Below are positions 49,959-58,127 of a DNA stretch of 64,000 nt, in pieces. The stretch is from a virus. A program made the translations under genes and the position numbers. Position 1 is the first letter of the stretch, and every line of letters begins with the position of its first letter. The stretch is from the IMG/VR virus record IMGVR_UViG_3300046804_003617, positions 1 to 64,000 of that record; one strand, given 5' to 3'. The notes under the pieces are model-generated. The model saw nothing but the letters and a program-made list of their open reading frames with translations, did no database searches and was not told the DNA's origin.

Positions 49959-49971
49959 GTATTTTTGATAA

Positions 49972-50925
49972 TTAGCTGTTTGGAGGAAAGGTAAATGCCT
50001 TCAGATTCGATCCCACATTACTAACAGATTGGTTTACATTGCTGCTTGCGCTCTGTAGTATGCCCTGACCTTGATCGGATGATACTTTGATATCCGGAAA
50101 TCCGGACAAATCCGGTTTTGGTGCCGGTATTTCTATTGTGTTACCGTCCGGATCAGTTGTTGTTTGGGGAGGATTTGCTCGGTTGAACTGATCCACAAAA
50201 GAATCTTTTGCACTATCCACTACTCCACTCAATTGACCTTCCACACCCCCGACTTGGGATTTCAGATTATTGGCCCCCGTAGAATCCAATGCTCCTTTCA
50301 ATTGATCTCCGACCTGACTTTTTAGGTCATCGACCACGCCACTAAGTAGATGTTTTACCAATTCGCTTGGGTTTGCAGACATCGCTGCCTTCAGCACGGA
50401 AATAGCCGCTGCCGCCATTCCCATATTTATTTTCAATCCTGGTGCAAATGGCGGAACGATTGTTTTGTATTTTGCAATCTGTTCTCCTATGAATTTTGGT
50501 CCTGCCCCAAGATTTATTCCCGCCATATCTATACCAGGAAATTCTGGAAGTTTTGGGAATTGCAATCCTTGCAAATTGACATTCATTTGTGGAAGTGCTG
50601 CATTGAACGAGGGCAATGACGATGGAACCCCCAACGTATTTAGTGCTTGCCCCACCGGAGGCAATGAAGTTGGCATACCTATACCGGATGCAACCTGCCC
50701 AATGCTCGTAGGTGTTCCCAACTGCTGTCCAATTCCACTCAAATTCAAATTTGCTGCACTTGATACTGTTCCAGTGATATTGACCGTCGGAGAACTTATA
50801 GATTGTAGTGACAAATTTGGAGCAGAAACGGGATTTAAGAAACTTGGTCCAGATGTTCCTACACTTACGGATGGCGAGGATATGGATGGTGCTTGCGGAG
50901 CTTGTATTAATGGTATATCAGGCAT
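49972..50925 (-). CDS. Hypothetical Pro/Ser/Gly-rich protein next to the spike gene
   Basis: 317-aa ORF in the operon. Confidence 0.6.
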   Translation of the reverse strand: MPDIPLIQAPQAPSISSPSVSVGTSGPSFLNPVSAPNLSLQSISSPTVNITGTVSSAANLNLSGIGQQLGTPTSIGQVASGIGMPTSLPPVGQALNTLGVPSSLPSFNAALPQMNVNLQGLQFPKLPEFPGIDMAGINLGAGPKFIGEQIAKYKTIVPPFAPGLKINMGMAAAAISVLKAAMSANPSELVKHLLSGVVDDLKSQVGDQLKGALDSTGANNLKSQVGGVEGQLSGVVDSAKDSFVDQFNRANPPQTTTDPDGNTIEIPAPKPDLSGFPDIKVSSDQGQGILQSASSNVNQSVSNVGSNLKAFTFPPNS

Positions 50926-50928
50926 ATA

Positions 50929-52353
50929 TCATCCTCCCAAAAATACTCTACTGCTCATCAGTGAACTAAGCTGTGATCTCAAAGCGGTCAAACTCATCTG
51001 AGACGCATATAGAGATTGCATCTGTTCTCCCCACGCAATGATAGAGGGCGGCATTGTCGGCGTAGTTGGACCAAGCTTTGTGAAGTGGAAGTGTGCAATA
51101 AGTGCTGTCAGCATCTGTATTTGCGTGTTTACATTCAATAACATCCAATCGCACAATGCATACAACCACAATACCGTGGTTCTTCCAAGCAATGCCGGTT
51201 GATCATTCGCGCCTTCAGTGTTAAAATTCAGATATATCTTTGAAGCATTAAGGGTCATTATGCCCTTGTTTGATGTGATTGTTGTATTTCCATAAGAATT
51301 CAGGCTTAACACCTGATCCGTGGCGATTGTAAGCATTTTCTTGGAAAAGAACATCATTTCGTTTGCTCTGGATGAAAAGACAATTCTATCACTATTGATT
51401 ACAACCTGATCTCCATCAAATTTTGGCATAGGAATGCCTTTGGTGACATTCACCAAACCGGTAGTGGTAGTTGGAACAAACGATGATATAGTTTTTCCTG
51501 ATGTAATATGAATAGATGAGCCATCCTTGTTTATGTCTTCAAGCGTGTATCCTTTTCCAGTTTTTCCCTGAGATAATTTTACAGGAGCTTGGCGATTTCT
51601 TATCAAGATCATCGGATTTCCACCGTGGTCGGAATATTCTCCCAAGCCACTGTCATTTCCACGATTGTTATCGTATGCACCAAACCTTATGGAAGATCCA
51701 AATCTCGATTGCAGGATGGTATCTCCTTCATATGCCTTTAGTGAGCGAATCTTTGGATTAAACTTGAAATAGCTTCCAAGCACTCCGGTATAATCTTCTC
51801 CTCCCCCAAAGTTCATCTGAGATTTTGGTCCAGTATATGGTTGACCGGTATATTCATTTATGTTTTCATCGACGAATCCAGAGTTTCTTTCTGCGGAAAA
51901 ATCCGCGTTGGCGTTTATGGTGGAGTTTACATTAAGCTTTCTGGTATAAAAATACTTATCCATGTATTGACCAACCACTACTATTTCATTCATCAATGGA
52001 TATTCAACCACTCCGGTATTTTCCAATGGATAAGCCCAATATAACACTTCCTTCTCTGTATTTTTCTGGCTGTTCAGAAATCTGAATTTTATTCTGCCTA
52101 TCCAAGAAAAATTCTTGTCGTTTCCATCCGGTTTGCTGCCGTCTATGTTTGGGGGCCAAGTTTCACCATCCAATGTTGCATCTCTCATTATTGGATGATT
52201 TTCATCCATCACCACATCCAACACAACAGCTTCTTCCAATTCATAGAAAAACACGGAGTCCGGTTTTCTTTCAATCACAAAACGTTTTGACGCAAGCATA
52301 TCATCTTGCTTTGTGCTTTGCTCTCCGCGTTTCTCTACGATTTCGTAAGCCAT
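50929..52353 (-). CDS. Baseplate hub/central spike protein (gp5/gpV-like, no lysozyme domain)
   Basis: GRIKF..AYP..P..NEIV (OB-like); EGDTILQSRFGSSIRF; beta-repeats; C-terminal HFH..GPT. Confidence 0.65.
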   Translation of the reverse strand: MAYEIVEKRGEQSTKQDDMLASKRFVIERKPDSVFFYELEEAVVLDVVMDENHPIMRDATLDGETWPPNIDGSKPDGNDKNFSWIGRIKFRFLNSQKNTEKEVLYWAYPLENTGVVEYPLMNEIVVVGQYMDKYFYTRKLNVNSTINANADFSAERNSGFVDENINEYTGQPYTGPKSQMNFGGGEDYTGVLGSYFKFNPKIRSLKAYEGDTILQSRFGSSIRFGAYDNNRGNDSGLGEYSDHGGNPMILIRNRQAPVKLSQGKTGKGYTLEDINKDGSSIHITSGKTISSFVPTTTTGLVNVTKGIPMPKFDGDQVVINSDRIVFSSRANEMMFFSKKMLTIATDQVLSLNSYGNTTITSNKGIMTLNASKIYLNFNTEGANDQPALLGRTTVLWLYALCDWMLLNVNTQIQMLTALIAHFHFTKLGPTTPTMPPSIIAWGEQMQSLYASQMSLTALRSQLSSLMSSRVFLGG

Positions 52354-52356
52354 AAA

Positions 52357-52734
52357 TCACTTCTGTTTCTTGTCAGGAGCTTCCAATTTTGCCACTTGTT
52401 TGGCGGTTTCTTCAACGGTGGCCATGAGTTGCTTGCGTTCTTCTTCTGTAAGAAGCATGGATCCACCCTCTCCATCAGCACCCCCCTTACCGCTTATCAT
52501 TCTTTGAATAATAGCGGCAAGTTTCACCAACTGTTCATCGTTACGGATACCGACATCGAAATACTCCTTCAACAGCGGAACAATCATAGTGGCATCGTTG
52601 ACCGTTTTGATCATATCACGGAGATCTGTGATCAAAATATCAATCTGCTGCTTCTTCTCTTCACTGTTTTTCACTATGTCTTTGCATAGATCAGAGAAAT
52701 TCTTGCCCTTGAATATTTCGATGTCGTTATCCAT
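52357..52734 (-). CDS. Hypothetical helical late protein
   Basis: 125 aa; late-type motif 3 nt upstream. Confidence 0.65.
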   Translation of the reverse strand: MDNDIEIFKGKNFSDLCKDIVKNSEEKKQQIDILITDLRDMIKTVNDATMIVPLLKEYFDVGIRNDEQLVKLAAIIQRMISGKGGADGEGGSMLLTEEERKQLMATVEETAKQVAKLEAPDKKQK

Positions 52735-52737
52735 GAC

Positions 52738-52745
52738 TATAAATA
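52738..52745 (-). promoter_or_regulatory. Late-type motif
   Basis: TATTTATA 3 nt before ATG 52734. Confidence 0.6.
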
Positions 52746-52762
52746 GTCTTTATAATATATAT

Positions 52763-53677
52763 TTAGACTCTTGCCCCGCTGATTGTGCCACGGTTAAGAT
52801 ATTCTTCTGCGATGTTTTTCTGGGTAGACTTCATCTTGTTGATTACCTTGGTTATCTTCTGGGTCTGACAGTCTGCGATTTCTCGTATATACAGATACAA
52901 TGCTTTCTTATTATAAACATCAATTCTGTCGGCATTTCTGAAGATTTCGATTACGGCGTGGGCAATCTTAAGGTCTTTTTCCTTGGTAAACATCTTATGA
53001 ACATTTCTATCCCAGTATTCTACCATAAGTTCTATGAATTCACGAGTTTCGCTTTCCTGTTTCTCGTGTTCCGGTTCAATCACAAACTCGCCGGATTCGC
53101 CTGTTTGTTCGCATATTTCAACGTGCTTCTTGAAACGCTTGTATGTGGTGTTGTTGTCTAAAATAAACCAATTCTTGGCAACAATGCTGAAGTAGCTGAA
53201 TGCCTTACCTTTGCCTGGCTCATACTTGTCTATATTAGCCACCATATGTGATATAGCTTGCTTTTGAATTTCAAGGGGACTTACGTCAGCATAACTGAAT
53301 TTGAACGTGTTATAAACGTTTTCTGCTATCTTGAAAAAGGCTTGCTGAATATGCGCATTATAGATTTTGTCCTTTTCTCGCGGATCTTCGGACTTGTTGT
53401 ATGCGATGATGGCAGCTTCTGTTTCTGGAGTAAAATAAACATTTGAACCTCTTGATGGAGATCCTTCAGTTTTCTTGTTTTTTGCTCCCTTTGGTCTGCC
53501 TCTTGGTCTTTTTATTACGTCGTGAACTACTTCGGCTTGGTGTTGTAGCACCACTTTTTTTATCTTTTTATTGACCTTGTTCTTTTTCTTGGTCTTGATT
53601 ATCTTTTTGATTTTCTTGACTTTTTTGACTTTGGCTTGTTTTTTGATCTTTTTAAGAATTTTCTTCTTTTTCTTCAT
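52763..53677 (-). CDS. Phage late sigma factor (T4 gp55-like) with Lys-rich/AT-hook N-terminal extension
   Basis: YFT..TE.AI..YN; KIAEN; DKYEPGKGKAFSYFSIVAKN (sigma region 2-like); KRPRGRPKG. Confidence 0.7.
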   Translation of the reverse strand: MKKKKKILKKIKKQAKVKKVKKIKKIIKTKKKNKVNKKIKKVVLQHQAEVVHDVIKRPRGRPKGAKNKKTEGSPSRGSNVYFTPETEAAIIAYNKSEDPREKDKIYNAHIQQAFFKIAENVYNTFKFSYADVSPLEIQKQAISHMVANIDKYEPGKGKAFSYFSIVAKNWFILDNNTTYKRFKKHVEICEQTGESGEFVIEPEHEKQESETREFIELMVEYWDRNVHKMFTKEKDLKIAHAVIEIFRNADRIDVYNKKALYLYIREIADCQTQKITKVINKMKSTQKNIAEEYLNRGTISGARV

Positions 53678-53680
53678 ATT

Positions 53681-53935
53681 TTATTTGATTTTCTCGTCAA
53701 ACTCTTTGGTGATTCTTACGATTTCGGTGAATATAAATCCAACATCATCGTCCTTCTCGAACAGATTTCTGTCATCCACTGCCTTTATTCTTGTATACAC
53801 CTGATCTATTTCATTGCGAAACATATCAAGCCAATCCTCATATACTTCAATCTTTTTGACGAGATTGTAGCACGCATATCCCAGCGCGCAAGTCGCCAAG
53901 AAAAATATAACCATTAACGTCCATAGTATCCACAT
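53681..53935 (-). CDS. Small single-TM membrane protein
   Basis: Hydrophobic N-terminus followed by a coiled coil. Confidence 0.65.
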   Translation of the reverse strand: MWILWTLMVIFFLATCALGYACYNLVKKIEVYEDWLDMFRNEIDQVYTRIKAVDDRNLFEKDDDVGFIFTEIVRITKEFDEKIK

Positions 53936-53940
53936 AAATT

Positions 53941-54096
53941 TTATTCTTCGTCTTCTTCGTCGTCTTCCTCGACTTCATAACCAAGCTCCTCCTTGATTAT
54001 GTATAATGCTTCTTCGACGGATGGCCAACTGCGGCTATCAAGAGCATATTCCAATAGTTCTTTGACTTCTTCGATGTTATCTGGATCAATTTTCAT
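53941..54096 (-). CDS. Small acidic protein (51 aa, below the track cut-off)
   Basis: MKIDPDNIEEVKELLEYALDSRSWPSVEEALYIIKEELGYEVEEDDEEDEE; ATGA overlap with the def stop and fills the gap exactly. Confidence 0.7.
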   Translation of the reverse strand: MKIDPDNIEEVKELLEYALDSRSWPSVEEALYIIKEELGYEVEEDDEEDEE

Positions 54097-54710
54097 ACGA
54101 TTTTCCATCCTTGTTCTACGAGTTCAAGGGCTTTCTTGTATTTTATATATTGGGTCTCTCCGTTTTTTTCCACAATTACCTTATCATTTCTGCCGTGTTT
54201 GACCTTTTTTTCGACTTGCTTGATAAATTTGGTTCCTTCGTCGATCATAAGTTTCCCATTCAAGTGGTCTATTTCGTGCTGCACACAGATGGATTCCAGT
54301 ATTCCTACATCGTCATACACGCTTTCTTTTGTAGGAGGATTTGTGTCCGGACCAAATGGAATTGGATTGGCGTGATTAAGAGTGGATACTGTGACTCTCA
54401 TTCTACGCAATGTATTGCAGCTTTTACCGGGCAAGCTCAAGCAGCCCTCCAGATAAACAATCTTGTCTTCACTTGTCTCGGTTATGACGGGATTCATCAA
54501 AATAACAGGTGCTTGGCCTTTTCTGGCTCTGATCACAGAAACGCTTTTGGATATTCCAATTTGGTTGGCGGATAGTCCAACTCCGCCAAACGGCAAAGAA
54601 TCCAATGTTTCTATCAGCTTGTTTGCTATTTCTTGACCTTCTTCTATTGATGCAACCGGACTTGTCGGCTTGCGTAGATAATCCTTATCTTTGACTATTT
54701 TGTAACTCAT
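54093..54710 (-). CDS. def: Peptide deformylase (start revised to MSYKIV)
   Basis: GVGLSANQIG, EGCLS and QHEIDHLNG. Confidence 0.93.
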   Translation of the reverse strand: MSYKIVKDKDYLRKPTSPVASIEEGQEIANKLIETLDSLPFGGVGLSANQIGISKSVSVIRARKGQAPVILMNPVITETSEDKIVYLEGCLSLPGKSCNTLRRMRVTVSTLNHANPIPFGPDTNPPTKESVYDDVGILESICVQHEIDHLNGKLMIDEGTKFIKQVEKKVKHGRNDKVIVEKNGETQYIKYKKALELVEQGWKIV

Positions 54711-54741
54711 GTATGTGAATGATTTATAGATACAATTCACA

Positions 54742-54769
54742 TATATATCTATTTGTTTTACTTTGTCAA
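54742..54769 (-). promoter_or_regulatory. Sigma70-like promoter for the def-to-sigma operon
   Basis: TTGACA followed by an AT-rich -10 (TATATA). Confidence 0.45.
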
Positions 54770-54785
54770 ATTATAATAAAACAAA

Positions 54786-56327
54786 TTATGGCTGAGGACG
54801 GTTGAAATGTTCCTGTTCTCTAAGAATGGGGGATGGTGCTGGTGGTGGTTCTGGTATTGGTTCCATACGTTCTCTCAGTTCCGCATCATAGTCATCCTGT
54901 ATTTCGGGCTCTGAACTTGGTTGTGGAGTTTCTGATGGTATAGGAGTTGGTTCCGGAGTCGGGGTTGGTGTAAAAGTAGGTGTGGAAGTTGGAGTAGGAG
55001 TTGGTTCCGGAGTGGACGTTGGTGTGGGACTTGGAGTCAATGTTGGTGTTGGTGTCGGGGTAGGAGACGGAGCAGGTTCATCTTTCTTCTTTTTCTCCGC
55101 CAAAACATTATACGCGAGAATCAGACACACTGCGAGCGGATCAAATACCGCCATAATAGACCATATGAAATAGTTCACCGCTTTGTCCAAGGGAATACCA
55201 AGACTGTTTGCTATGAACTTGAATGTGCCTACATCGGTATGCACGATCTTCTCTTTCAGTCCAGTATTTTCATTTCTTAAGTTCTGTATATTGGTCTGGT
55301 ATTCTGTTATCTTCTTTTTTCCAGCCTCTTCCATATCTCCCTTTTTGCCGTTCAGAGAAGTAACTTTGTTGTCAGATTCTTTGTTGTATGCGTCTATGGA
55401 TGCTGTGATTTCCTGCACTTCGCTTTCCAGCTTCTTTACATTTGCTTCTATGTCTCCTCGCTGGCTTTTGCTTCTGTTTTCGATGGCGGAAACACGATCA
55501 TTATATTCCTTTACCTGTGTCGCGTATTGTCCACGCAGCTTTTCTATTCTGTCCTGAACAGCCTTGATCTGAGCATCGATGTCGCCGCGTTCTTTTGCCT
55601 GACCTTCCTTGACCGCTCTTGCTTTATCTAATCCATTTTTCTTAAACAGTCCGCCGGAACCTTCTTCCATCCATTTCTGAACTTCCTTGTCTAATATTTC
55701 CAAACGAGAGTTGTATAGCTTGATCTGTTCAAGCTCGCGTGCTATGTCGGTGTCAGTAGATGTTTTTGACAATTCGAGTGCTTGCTTTGCCGCCGCAATA
55801 TCCGTCGAAGCATCTTGATTTGTATTAGCAGATTTGCGGACGTTTTCTATTTGCCTGTTCTTCTGTTCTATCAGTTGAAGCTTTTGTTCTATGAACTTTT
55901 TTCTGTTTACATCCACCGCCGCTATTTCTTCTACGTTATAGTCCGATTTCTTTATCGTTTCTATTTCTTTCTCATACTCTTTTATCTTAACATTGTTGGC
56001 TTCTATATTCTGCTCATACCCTTGAACTGTTATGGATGTTGCATTGTATCCTGCACTTAAATACCCGTATATTCCAATGGATGTAATACCCATAAGGAAC
56101 AGTGTGGCAATCAACATATATGACTTCATCCACCATCCTATATCTTTCCACTTCTGCTTCAAAAATGTCGCGGTTATCAGTTTGCCTACTTCCAGTGCAG
56201 TTCCCATCACAACGATACTTATGCCTCCACCAACAAACAAAAGCTTAAGTCCTATAATGCTGAAATACGCACCGCATATCGATATTGCGATACCGCTTAA
56301 CAGCACTAAAATTGCCAATATATTCAT
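54786..56327 (-). CDS. Multi-TM membrane protein with long coiled coil and Pro-Thr repeat tail
   Basis: About three N-terminal TM helices, a coiled coil, a TM containing VFDPLAV, then a (PT)n tract. Start revised to MNILAIL. Confidence 0.75.
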   Translation of the reverse strand: MNILAILVLLSGIAISICGAYFSIIGLKLLFVGGGISIVVMGTALEVGKLITATFLKQKWKDIGWWMKSYMLIATLFLMGITSIGIYGYLSAGYNATSITVQGYEQNIEANNVKIKEYEKEIETIKKSDYNVEEIAAVDVNRKKFIEQKLQLIEQKNRQIENVRKSANTNQDASTDIAAAKQALELSKTSTDTDIARELEQIKLYNSRLEILDKEVQKWMEEGSGGLFKKNGLDKARAVKEGQAKERGDIDAQIKAVQDRIEKLRGQYATQVKEYNDRVSAIENRSKSQRGDIEANVKKLESEVQEITASIDAYNKESDNKVTSLNGKKGDMEEAGKKKITEYQTNIQNLRNENTGLKEKIVHTDVGTFKFIANSLGIPLDKAVNYFIWSIMAVFDPLAVCLILAYNVLAEKKKKDEPAPSPTPTPTPTLTPSPTPTSTPEPTPTPTSTPTFTPTPTPEPTPIPSETPQPSSEPEIQDDYDAELRERMEPIPEPPPAPSPILREQEHFNRPQP

Positions 56328-56350
56328 ATTAAAATAAATATCGTATATAC

Positions 56351-56384
56351 CAAAAAACAAAACCCCGAAACTTTGTCTTCGGAT
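56351..56384 (-). terminator. Intrinsic terminator after the papain-like gene
   Basis: CCGAAGAC-AAA-GTTTCGG hairpin followed by a U-rich tract. Confidence 0.5.
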
Positions 56385-56409
56385 ATCTTTTGTTCGTGCC
56401 GACTAAACA

Positions 56410-57231
56410 TCACGCGGTCGCAACGTCCAACAATTTTGCTTTTGATTTTATCAAATTAAACAGTTGTTGCGGATCTATTTCATCCGCAACTTTTAACTTT
56501 TCCAAATCAACTTCTTCGGCTACTTTTTGTGCGGAAACAAGCTCATCTACGCTAATTATACCGGCTCTCGCCAACAAATGTGCAACAAACTCCGAACAAA
56601 AAAACTGGTCTTGACCCGTCTCTTCGGCGTTTATTTTTGATTTTTTGAATCTATTGACCAAATTCCACATTTTCGGAAATTTTTCCTTAATCTGTCTGAT
56701 TATTCCCTTGCTATCATATCCCTCTTCACCGGCCTTTAGCATCGACTTCAATTGTTCATATGCTTTGATTATTTTTGACTCGTCGCCGCCGAGGTTGAAA
56801 ATTATATAATTTTGCGGGTTGTCTTTTATTTCACTTCCGTCTCTGAAACCAACTCCCGATGTTACCGCATCCAGTATTCTACCATCGCTCATAACAAATC
56901 CGGCGTGATTCACTCCTTGCAAATCGCCGTGGATAATTTTATTCACGATTTGTATACCGGATCCAAAACTGGTCTGTTTATCCGGATTTAATTTTTCCTG
57001 ACCCTTTTTAATTGCCCTCGCAACAATCGGAATATTTCCTCCCAATTTTGCAGCCAAATCCAAAAATATTACAGGCAGATTGAATTTTGTTATATCAAAA
57101 AATACTTTTATACCAGGAACTTCGGTCTTCCATTGCCCAGACTTGGCATCTTTAACGACGGGATCAATTTCTTGAAGATTTATTTCTTCGATAGCTTCTC
57201 GGATCAATGCTCTGAGTTCGGACTTCTTCAT
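56410..57231 (-). CDS. Permuted NlpC/P60 papain-like enzyme (YaeF/YiiX-like) with shared leader
   Basis: NHAGFV (His) precedes GYD and FFCSEFVA (Cys); leader MKKSELRALIREAIEE. Confidence 0.75.
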   Translation of the reverse strand: MKKSELRALIREAIEEINLQEIDPVVKDAKSGQWKTEVPGIKVFFDITKFNLPVIFLDLAAKLGGNIPIVARAIKKGQEKLNPDKQTSFGSGIQIVNKIIHGDLQGVNHAGFVMSDGRILDAVTSGVGFRDGSEIKDNPQNYIIFNLGGDESKIIKAYEQLKSMLKAGEEGYDSKGIIRQIKEKFPKMWNLVNRFKKSKINAEETGQDQFFCSEFVAHLLARAGIISVDELVSAQKVAEEVDLEKLKVADEIDPQQLFNLIKSKAKLLDVATA

Positions 57232-57254
57232 ATTATAATAAATGAGGTATACTC

Positions 57255-57265
57255 ATAAATATATA
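57255..57265 (-). promoter_or_regulatory. Late-type motif upstream of the permuted papain-like gene
   Basis: TATATATTTAT directly after a terminator. Confidence 0.65.
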
Positions 57266-57267
57266 TA

Positions 57268-57300
57268 AAAAACAAAAAACCCAGATTTTGCTCTGGGTTT
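57268..57300 (-). terminator. Intrinsic terminator after the DNA methyltransferase
   Basis: AAACCCAGA-loop-TCTGGGTTT followed by a U tract. Confidence 0.75.
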
Positions 57301-57304
57301 TATA

Positions 57305-58090
57305 TCAAGCTGTTACGTCAAAGAATTCCGTCTTTTCTTTGACAACCTTGTTGTCTTCGTGCCATTTGATTCTAGTTTGGCACTTCTCATAATACTCTGG
57401 ACTAATTTCCGAGCTATAGCAATTGCGGTTCAAGTGCTGACACGCGATGTATGTTGTAGCAGAGCCGCCAAATGGATCAACCACAACGTCGCCTTCGTTA
57501 GTATGCTTATTGATAAGCTCTTGGAACAGTTCGAGTGACTTCTGAGTGGGATGAATGCGATCAATTTCGCGCTTACCTTGATAAATAGGATATTCATAGA
57601 TACCATTGTCATACTCAGAATTGAATGTAGCCTTTCCTCCCTTTACACAAGATATGGCAATCTCACGAGCATTGCTAAGATATGTTGCCTTGGAATTGAT
57701 CGGCACAGGATTGGTCTTTACCCATTCGATGAAACGCAACTTGCCAAACTTGTGCTTTTCAAGCAGCTTGCTTAGTGTTTCAATCTTCCAAAGATCAAAG
57801 AAGATGATGCAAGATCCGCCATTCTTCAAGATGCGGCTGAACTCCTTGATAAACTCTTCAAGATTATCCAAAGTAAAGTTATTGTCCCAATCACCATAGT
57901 TTGTCTGGATGGCATACTTGGTTCCATACTTCGCCTTTGATTTCTCATCATCGCTGGCATTGAACAAAGCATCCATACCAGTCTTTTTGGAGATGATGTA
58001 TGGAGGATCAGTAAGCACAAGATCAACGGTCTTGCTCTTGATCTTTTTAAGCATTTCCAACCCGTCCATATGATGATATCCGTAATTCAT
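57305..58090 (-). CDS. DNA N6-adenine/N4-cytosine methyltransferase (beta class)
   Basis: LTDPPY, HPTQKS and VVDPFGGSATT. Confidence 0.92.
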   Translation of the reverse strand: MNYGYHHMDGLEMLKKIKSKTVDLVLTDPPYIISKKTGMDALFNASDDEKSKAKYGTKYAIQTNYGDWDNNFTLDNLEEFIKEFSRILKNGGSCIIFFDLWKIETLSKLLEKHKFGKLRFIEWVKTNPVPINSKATYLSNAREIAISCVKGGKATFNSEYDNGIYEYPIYQGKREIDRIHPTQKSLELFQELINKHTNEGDVVVDPFGGSATTYIACQHLNRNCYSSEISPEYYEKCQTRIKWHEDNKVVKEKTEFFDVTA

Positions 58091-58099
58091 ATGGATACA

Positions 58100-58127
58100 A
58101 CTATATGGTTATAGTATAAAATGTCAA
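58100..58127 (-). promoter_or_regulatory. Sigma70-like promoter for the DNA methyltransferase
   Basis: TTGACA-16 nt-TATAGT. Confidence 0.65.
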
